Of a stretch of DNA of 64,000 nt, positions 57,543-64,000 are shown piece after piece. A program made the position numbers and the translations under genes. How positions within the stretch are numbered: position 1 is the first letter of the stretch; each line of letters begins with the position of its first letter. The DNA is from Gammaproteobacteria bacterium (GTDB lineage: Bacteria; Pseudomonadota; Gammaproteobacteria; Eutrophobiales; Eutrophobiaceae): NCBI GenBank assembly GCA_965222155.1, contig CBDCTH010000004.1:448001-512000 (forward strand), written 5' to 3'. The notes under the pieces were generated by a model, which ran no database searches, was not told where the DNA came from, and saw only the letters and a program-made list of their open reading frames with translations.

Positions 57543-59294
57543 TTATCCTGCTTCGGCTTGTGAAGTGATCGCCTGTTTCAGGTCTACTCTTTCGATGAAG
57601 CCTTTACGCGCGGCGACGCGGGATAATTTACCCGATGATGTGCGCGGCAAGGTACGCGGCGGTACCAGGTCCACGTAGCAGTAAATGCCAAAACCCTCGT
57701 ACACATTTCTCTGCAGTTGCTTGATCAACGATTGCCTGGCCGTGGATTCGGTGAGACGGCATTCAACCACCAGTACGACGATCTGTTGATCATCGTCGAC
57801 CTCGATATCAAATGCCGATGATTCGCCCATTCTGATCTCGTCCAGCCCTTCTGCTATCTCTTCAAGGTCCTGGGCGCGGATATTCCTGCCGTTTACGATG
57901 ATGATGTCTTTACGCCGTCCCGTCAGGTAGAGGTTGTGCTCAAACTGGAAGCCCAGGTCACCGGTATCCAGCCAGCCGTCTTCAAGGATCACCTGGTCGG
58001 TTGATTCCTGATCGTTCAGGTAACCGTTCATCAGGCTGGGGCCTTTTACCATTACTCTGCCGACGCGCAGGTCAGGCAATATATCCCCGGCGTTATCAAC
58101 AATCCTGATCTCGTGGTCGGGCAGGGCGCGGCCACAATTAACGACTTCATTCACTTTGCGATTATCCGACTTGACGCGCACGGCAATGCCGCGTTCAGCC
58201 ATGGTCAGTGCGTCCACCGACATAACGTCCAGACCGCGGTTCAATTCCGAGAAGGTAGCGGCAAGGGAGGCCTCAGCCAGTCCGTAACAGGGCAGGAAGG
58301 CATTGGAGTTGAACCCGGTTTGCGCCATTGTCTCCGCAAAAGCCTCAAATGTGCTGGAGCGCAACATCTCTGCGCCGATACCGGCAATACGCCAGCAGCT
58401 CAGGTCAAGCTGTTGCAGGTCTGCGCTGCGAATTCTACGGGTGCACAGCTCGTAACCGAATGGCGGCGAGAAGGCAATAGTGCAGCGGTTCCTGCTGATT
58501 AGACGCAGCCATTGCAAGGGGCGAATGGCAAAATCCCGTGTGCGCAGGTAATCTACCGACAACTGGGAGGCGATGGGGCCCAAAACGAAGCCGACCAGAC
58601 CCATGTCATGATAGAACGGCAACCAGGATGCGCAACGATCACCGTTGTGTACTTTTAATCCGCTTCTTACGATTCCCTGCAGATTGCTCATTACCGCCTT
58701 TCCGGTAATGATGACGCCCTGTGGGGAGCGGGTGCTGCCGGAAGTAAACTGCAGGTAGGCCGGTTCTTCAGGTCTGCTTGGCTCAAGGGAACGCTGTGAA
58801 GGAGCAATGTCAGACAGTTGGTCCGGTGTGCCTATCCATTCAAGGTCCTTGTTGTCGACGGCGGCTTCTTCCAGAAAGCTGATAAATTCTTTATGCGCTA
58901 TGGCTACTTTTGCCTTGCCGCTGGTCAACAAACCCTTGAGTTGTTGAACATAAACCGCATGGCTGCCGAGATTCAGGGGGATCGGCATGGCGAACGGCAC
59001 AAGTCCGATATACTGACAGGCAAAGAATAGAACGATGAAATCGGGGTGAGTATCAGCTACCAGAGCAATATGATCACCGCGTTTCAGATCCAGACTGAGA
59101 AGACGCCGAGCCGCGAACTTAGCCTGTTGCTGTAGTTCACTGTAGGGCAAAACGACGCTAAGGTTGCCTTTTGCATCGTAAAAATTAGATCCGGTAACAC
59201 CTGCGGCTGCGTAGTCCAGCGCTTCAGACAAACACGAGAAACCGGCAAAATTTTGCGTCAGTGTATTATCAGTGATCGTCGTTTCTCGGTTCAC
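57543..59294 (-). CDS. Fatty acyl-AMP ligase / acyl-ACP synthetase
   Basis: YLQFTSGSTR.P.GV, WLPFYHDMGLVG, CYGLAE, WLDTGDLG, LPRTSSGKL. Confidence 0.9.
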   Translation of the reverse strand: MNRETTITDNTLTQNFAGFSCLSEALDYAAAGVTGSNFYDAKGNLSVVLPYSELQQQAKFAARRLLSLDLKRGDHIALVADTHPDFIVLFFACQYIGLVPFAMPIPLNLGSHAVYVQQLKGLLTSGKAKVAIAHKEFISFLEEAAVDNKDLEWIGTPDQLSDIAPSQRSLEPSRPEEPAYLQFTSGSTRSPQGVIITGKAVMSNLQGIVRSGLKVHNGDRCASWLPFYHDMGLVGFVLGPIASQLSVDYLRTRDFAIRPLQWLRLISRNRCTIAFSPPFGYELCTRRIRSADLQQLDLSCWRIAGIGAEMLRSSTFEAFAETMAQTGFNSNAFLPCYGLAEASLAATFSELNRGLDVMSVDALTMAERGIAVRVKSDNRKVNEVVNCGRALPDHEIRIVDNAGDILPDLRVGRVMVKGPSLMNGYLNDQESTDQVILEDGWLDTGDLGFQFEHNLYLTGRRKDIIIVNGRNIRAQDLEEIAEGLDEIRMGESSAFDIEVDDDQQIVVLVVECRLTESTARQSLIKQLQRNVYEGFGIYCYVDLVPPRTLPRTSSGKLSRVAARKGFIERVDLKQAITSQAEAG

Positions 59295-59519
59295 GATGAA
59301 TAAACCCCCGTCTCGTTCTTTTTTGTGCCTGTTGACAACGACAGATTTATTTTTGACCTATAACAAAGTCCTTCCGCAAGCATAGGATACCTAACCTGTT
59401 ATTTTCAAATACGAATTATAATCATAAAACACGCCCATTGTATATCTTTACAAAGGCTAAGGCGATAAATATTACACAACCTGAAGAAAACTTCCATCTT
59501 TTTTTTAAATGTACTTTAC

Positions 59520-59978
59520 TCAGGCCGGCCACAATGACCTGAGTTCATCCCGTAGTTGATTAAAGACCGTGCCGTCAATCTGGTTATCGATCCCCAGATT
59601 CGGTGGTCCGGGCCAGGCAGAATCGGAGAATTCCGCCCCCGCATAATGACGTTTTGCCGCATAACGTGGTATCACGTGAAAATGGACGTGAGGATCAACC
59701 ATCATCAACATCAGGTAGTTCAGTTTATCATAATGAAAAAGATGCGATAATACCGTGTCAATATCATGTGTGACCTGGGCCAGTTCGGTAAAACCGGCCT
59801 GGCTGAGCTGCGAAAATGCCGTTACCGGTCCGCGGGCAACCAGTACCAGGGCGCCGAGTGTTACTTGAGCGGGGCGCAACAATACCGACCAGGTGGAATA
59901 AGTATGGATACTTGTTTCAGGCGCCCCGAATTTCAACATCGTATCGTTCAGGGTGTTAAAAGACATATCCGGTATCAC
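59520..59978 (-). CDS. HIT family protein
   Basis: LNYLMLMMVDPHVHFHVIPRY. Confidence 0.9.
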   Translation of the reverse strand: MIPDMSFNTLNDTMLKFGAPETSIHTYSTWSVLLRPAQVTLGALVLVARGPVTAFSQLSQAGFTELAQVTHDIDTVLSHLFHYDKLNYLMLMMVDPHVHFHVIPRYAAKRHYAGAEFSDSAWPGPPNLGIDNQIDGTVFNQLRDELRSLWPA

Positions 59979-60203
59979 CGATCAATATGATAAGGCTTTG
60001 TATACTATACGATGACAGACAAGAGATCAAAGTTCTTTTCGGGGATGAAGCAATATTCGATATCCAGGTTTTGGGGACTGTTTGCCCGTTCCGAGGGCCA
60101 TCCCCCCTGCTTACGACATGCAGGGGCAGGCTCTGGCGCTAGTCACGAACAAACAGCCCCCAAAACCCATCATAAGTGAAATTAACGGGAGTCGCTGTCG
60201 AGA

Positions 60204-61346
60204 ATGAAGCGGAAGCTGACTGACGAGATCCGGGTGACGCCGGTGAGTAACTGGCGCCAGTTGAATGCGTTTATTCGCCTGCCCTGGCGCCTGTACGCGC
60301 AGGACCCCCTGTGGGTGCCGCCATTGAAACTTGAACGCAGGTTGCATTTCTCCTCCCTGAACCCTTATTTTGCCCATGGCCGCTGGCAGGGCTGGATTGC
60401 CTGGCAGGGGGACCGGCCGGTAGGCCGTATCAGCGCCCAGGTTGATGAATTGCACCGCCGCCACTATGGCGAGAAATCCGGCCATTTCGGTTTTCTGGAG
60501 TGTGAAAACAACCCGGATGTGATGCGCGCGCTGGTAGCGGAAAGCGAGCGGTGGCTGGCGCAATATCAGACCGAAGTGATTACCGGCCCTTTCAATTTTT
60601 CCATCAACCAGGAATGCGGCCTGCTGGTGGACGGTTTCGATACCCCGCCGGTGATAATGATGCCCCATAATCATCGCTGGTACGCTGAACTGCTTGAACA
60701 GCAGGGCTATTCTGCCGCAAAAGACATGTATGCCTATTGGATTAACCCCAACTTTGCCATTCCGCGGGTCATGCAGACCTTCGTGGACAAGTTTGGCAAG
60801 TCGGTCAGGTTGAGGGGATTAAACCGGAAGAAATTCAAGCAGGAACTGGAGACCTTGCGGGATATTTTTAATGATGCCTGGTCCGATAACTGGGGTTTCG
60901 TCCCGTTCACCAGGGAGGAATTCGCCGAACTGGGAACCAGTTTACGGTTATTCGTACCGGATAATTTCATCCGTATTGCGGAGTACCAGGGGGAGCCGGT
61001 TGCGTTTATCGCCGCCCTGCCCAACCTGAATGAAGTTCTGCGGGACCTGGACGGCACTTTATTCCCGTCGGGTCTGTTTAAAATTATCCAGGCGTTGCGC
61101 AAGCGCCGCATCAGGACGGGCAGGGTCCCGTTAATGGGGGTCAGGAAGGAATTGCAGAATACCCCATTGGGAATTGCCTTGGCGTTTCTTATTATACATG
61201 AGATCAGACGGTCGATTATCGACAGGGGGATAGAGGGCGTGGAAATGTCCTGGATACTGGAGGACAACCAGGGGATGCGCAGCATCCTGGAAAGGCTTGG
61301 CAGCAAGCTGTACAAGACTTACCGGATCTACCGGAAGCAGTTGTAA
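60204..61346 (+). CDS. GNAT-fold N-acyltransferase, candidate bacterial ceramide synthase (bCerS-like)
   Basis: FI.LP..LY..DP.WVPPL, GRISA, GPF..S.N.ECGLL..GF, FN.AW..NWGF.P, SWILE.N. Confidence 0.8.
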   Translation: MKRKLTDEIRVTPVSNWRQLNAFIRLPWRLYAQDPLWVPPLKLERRLHFSSLNPYFAHGRWQGWIAWQGDRPVGRISAQVDELHRRHYGEKSGHFGFLECENNPDVMRALVAESERWLAQYQTEVITGPFNFSINQECGLLVDGFDTPPVIMMPHNHRWYAELLEQQGYSAAKDMYAYWINPNFAIPRVMQTFVDKFGKSVRLRGLNRKKFKQELETLRDIFNDAWSDNWGFVPFTREEFAELGTSLRLFVPDNFIRIAEYQGEPVAFIAALPNLNEVLRDLDGTLFPSGLFKIIQALRKRRIRTGRVPLMGVRKELQNTPLGIALAFLIIHEIRRSIIDRGIEGVEMSWILEDNQGMRSILERLGSKLYKTYRIYRKQL

Positions 61347-61350
61347 CGTT

Positions 61351-62172
61351 TTGTCGAATAAACAGAAAATTGCCGTCTTGTTGTTGGCCGGGAGGCGTGG
61401 CGGCAGCGATGAGGTTGCCCGTGTTGCCGGCGTCTCCAGCAAGGTATTGGCGCCGCTGGCGGGAATACCGATGATCATGCGGGTAATCAACGCGTTGCAG
61501 GCAAGCGAGCGAATCGCCTCCTTTGTACTGTGCGGTCCGGCCCCGGCAGCCATCAACGACTGCCCGGCGTTACGGCAGTTCATCGAGGCGGACAACGTCA
61601 CCTGGATCCCCGCAACAGGCAGTCTCAGCGGCAGTGTGCAGGCCGGCCTGGCCGCGATAGACCCCGCTGCGCTGGTCCTGATTACCAGCGCGGACCATGC
61701 GCTACTGGACGCCGGGATACTTGATTATTTTCTCGATAAGGCCATTGACAGCCGCGCCGACGTCAGTGTGGGACTGGTGGAATACGGTTTGATCGAGAAG
61801 GCATACCCGGGAGTGCGGCGCACGGTGCTGAAGTTTTCCGATGGCGGCTACTGCGGCTGCAATTTATACGCACTCTCCGGTGTCCGGGCCCGGGACATTA
61901 TTTCATTGTGGCAACGGATACAGACGCAGCGTAAGCAGCCTTGGCGGATGGCTCTCAGGTTATTTGGTTTCGGCGCGCTGGCGAGGTATGTCTGCGGCCG
62001 TCTGAGTATGCGGCAGACCAGTCAGGCCATCCTGAAAACCACCGGTATTACAGTGGATTTCATCAATCTGCCGTTCGCTCATGCAGGTATCGACGTGGAT
62101 ACGCTGGCGGACAAGGAACTGGTGGAACGGATACTGGCCGGCGCCATTCCGGCGAAAGCCGGAATCCAGTGA
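61351..62172 (+). CDS. MobA-like nucleotidyltransferase family protein
   Basis: LAG.R, K.L.P.AG.PM, TSADH.LL, GCNL, DVD...D; TTG start inferred. Confidence 0.8.
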   Translation: MSNKQKIAVLLLAGRRGGSDEVARVAGVSSKVLAPLAGIPMIMRVINALQASERIASFVLCGPAPAAINDCPALRQFIEADNVTWIPATGSLSGSVQAGLAAIDPAALVLITSADHALLDAGILDYFLDKAIDSRADVSVGLVEYGLIEKAYPGVRRTVLKFSDGGYCGCNLYALSGVRARDIISLWQRIQTQRKQPWRMALRLFGFGALARYVCGRLSMRQTSQAILKTTGITVDFINLPFAHAGIDVDTLADKELVERILAGAIPAKAGIQ

Positions 62173-62326
62173 AACAAAGTGTCGCCGGAGCCTGCCCCGG
62201 CATGTCGTAAGCCAGGGGCGACACAATATCAATCTGGATTCCGGCATTTGCCGGAATGACGTACGGCATTCCTCGGCCGGATTTTTGCCCTCTGCGGCAG
62301 AATCTGAAAGTATGCGGTTGCCCTGT

Positions 62327-63055
62327 TTATGGAATCACAACGGTCTCAGCATTATCCAGGTCTTTTTTGAAGTCTATCTCGCACCAGCGGTGGCCGTTTA
62401 TGCTGCAGGCGCGTACCTGGGATTGCCCGGCCAAGGTATCCACCACGCTCAGGAACCATAAGCGCAGACCGGTTCCCTGCTTCATCTGCCGGTCCAGTTG
62501 ATCGCGGAACTGTGCCGGTCCGTCTCCCCGGAAATACAGCAGGCCGATGGATTCCGCCATGGTGTGTTCATCCGGTAATGTTTTGCTGACGGCTTGCACC
62601 ATGGAGCCATGCAGTTCGACCCGCATATCATCATTGTCGTAACTGTCTTTGTAGTCGATGGTTAATGTGACCGGCGCCGCAGGTGAATTGAGAACCGTAT
62701 CCAGTAAAGCCGGCTCAAACAGCGTGTCGCCATTCAATAAAAGAAAATCCTCATCCATTGCGTGACGCGCCATCCAGCAACTCGCCAGGTTGTCGGAAAC
62801 GCTGTAAAAGGGATTGAATACAATATTTATCCGGTCCAGGTCAGCGGCGAAGCGGTCATTGATATGCTCCTCAATGAGCGCCGAATTAAACCCGGTGATG
62901 ATGAACACCTTGTCTATTTGAGCTGCCAGTAATGCTTGCACCTGCCACTCCAGTATGGTTTTGCCGGCAACGGGAAGCATGCACTTGGGGCGCGTTTCGG
63001 TCAGGGGCAGCAGTCTTTTCCCCTGGCCCGCGCCTAATATAATTGCGTTAATCAT
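62327..63055 (-). CDS. Phosphocholine cytidylyltransferase-like NTP-transferase
   Basis: GAGQGKRL.PLT..RPKC, NPFY...DNL.SCW, NGD, ESIG, W.EID...D. Confidence 0.85.
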   Translation of the reverse strand: MINAIILGAGQGKRLLPLTETRPKCMLPVAGKTILEWQVQALLAAQIDKVFIITGFNSALIEEHINDRFAADLDRINIVFNPFYSVSDNLASCWMARHAMDEDFLLLNGDTLFEPALLDTVLNSPAAPVTLTIDYKDSYDNDDMRVELHGSMVQAVSKTLPDEHTMAESIGLLYFRGDGPAQFRDQLDRQMKQGTGLRLWFLSVVDTLAGQSQVRACSINGHRWCEIDFKKDLDNAETVVIP

Positions 63056-63151
63056 GTTGTTTTTTGTTAACTGGCCAGATATTTCCGTGTGTGAGGTGAG
63101 CAGTTTAATGAAATTTATAATACAATCAAAATTCAATTGACTGGATGCCGC

Positions 63152-64000
63152 ATGTCACATATTGAACGCTATATCATTCTGGAAGTACTCAGACCCTTCA
63201 GTTTCGTATTAATCATCCTGGTCGCCCTGTTTGCCTGTTTCAGCAGCGCAAGATACCTGGCGGAAGCGGTGACGGAGACTCTGGGCGTCTATTTCATGGT
63301 CAAACTGATTTTACTCAAGACCTTCATCGCCCTGGAAGTCCTGATTCCCATTGCCCTTTACACATCCGTCGTGATTGGCTTGGGCAGGCTGCACCGGGAC
63401 CGGGAGATGGTGGCCCTTAGCGCCGCCGGTTTCAGTAACAGCCGCATTATCGGCCCGATTGTCGTCATTTCCATCCCGATTGTCCTGGCCGTGGGTGCGC
63501 TGTCCCTGTACGGCCGTCCCTGGGCCTACCAGAATAGTTATATCCTGGATGCCAGGGCCAGGGCCGATTTGAATACGGACCGGTTTCAACAGGGACGGTT
63601 CTACGGCAATGAAGATACCGGCACGGTTATCTACATTGCCGAAAAAGACGAGGCGAGCGGCGTGATCTCCAGGATATTTTACTATACCCGCAAGGACGAC
63701 TTCAGTGAAATTACCGCGGCGGTGAATGCCGGCCAGGACAAAGGCCTGGAGAACGGCAGGCTGCGGGTAACCCTGTATGACGGATTGCTGTACCGATTGC
63801 AGCGCGATTCAATGGACGATGAAGTCATCCGCTTTGATAAGCTGGTCAGGTTTCATGAAGACCCCGAGGTAAGTATCGGTTATAAACGCAAGGCTGAAGC
63901 GACTCTCACGCTGCTCGAGTCCAATAGTCAGGAGGATATCGCAGAAGTCCAATGGCGCTTATCCCGTCCCGTTGCAACGTTGCTGCTGGCGCTGATCGCG
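63152..64000 (+). CDS. lptF: LptF-family permease (runs off the window end)
   Basis: My translation MSHIERYIILEVLRPF...IPIALY.SVVIGLGRLHRDREMVALSAAG...AEVQWRLSRP; absent from the ORF track because it has no stop. Confidence 0.85.
   Translation, partial: MSHIERYIILEVLRPFSFVLIILVALFACFSSARYLAEAVTETLGVYFMVKLILLKTFIALEVLIPIALYTSVVIGLGRLHRDREMVALSAAGFSNSRIIGPIVVISIPIVLAVGALSLYGRPWAYQNSYILDARARADLNTDRFQQGRFYGNEDTGTVIYIAEKDEASGVISRIFYYTRKDDFSEITAAVNAGQDKGLENGRLRVTLYDGLLYRLQRDSMDDEVIRFDKLVRFHEDPEVSIGYKRKAEATLTLLESNSQEDIAEVQWRLSRPVATLLLALIA

Overview
GC-rich window that looks like a (gamma)proteobacterial chromosome, dominated by membrane-lipid genes. (1) A hopanoid locus in two minus-strand blocks: hpnA, CDP-alcohol phosphotransferase, hpnN, PhnY-like dioxygenase, hpnG, squalene synthase and hpnL at 0-9 kb; mlaA, hpnM, hpnB and hpnH, with divergent dxs, at 33-39 kb. 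(2) A phosphonate biosynthesis operon (pgi, NTP-transferase, pepM::NTP-transferase, ppd; 39.6-45.2 kb). (3) A bacterial ceramide/sphingolipid locus (flippase, spt, acp, CerR-like, acyl-ACP synthetase, HIT, bCerS-like GNAT, two NTP-transferases, lptF; 53.6-64 kb). Together these suggest an uncharacterised phosphono-hopanoid and/or phosphono-sphingolipid pathway (inference). Between the hopanoid blocks is a catabolic region: amidohydrolase, TonB receptor, a MITE-interrupted reductive-dehalogenase-like gene, hydantoinase A/B, SDR, IacB-like protein, SemiSWEET, CoA ligase and LysR. It resembles indole/oxindole degradation and contains an 8-copy 218-bp tandem array. Also present: mobile mystery proteins A/B, a divergent argS, glcB, tRNA-Arg(CCT), metY, metF-like, xdhC, and a very dense set of REP-like palindromes and MITEs. 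Some repeats are inserted in frame into pgi and hpnN, and many show end-stuttering. All calls come from reading motifs by eye; no database search was run.
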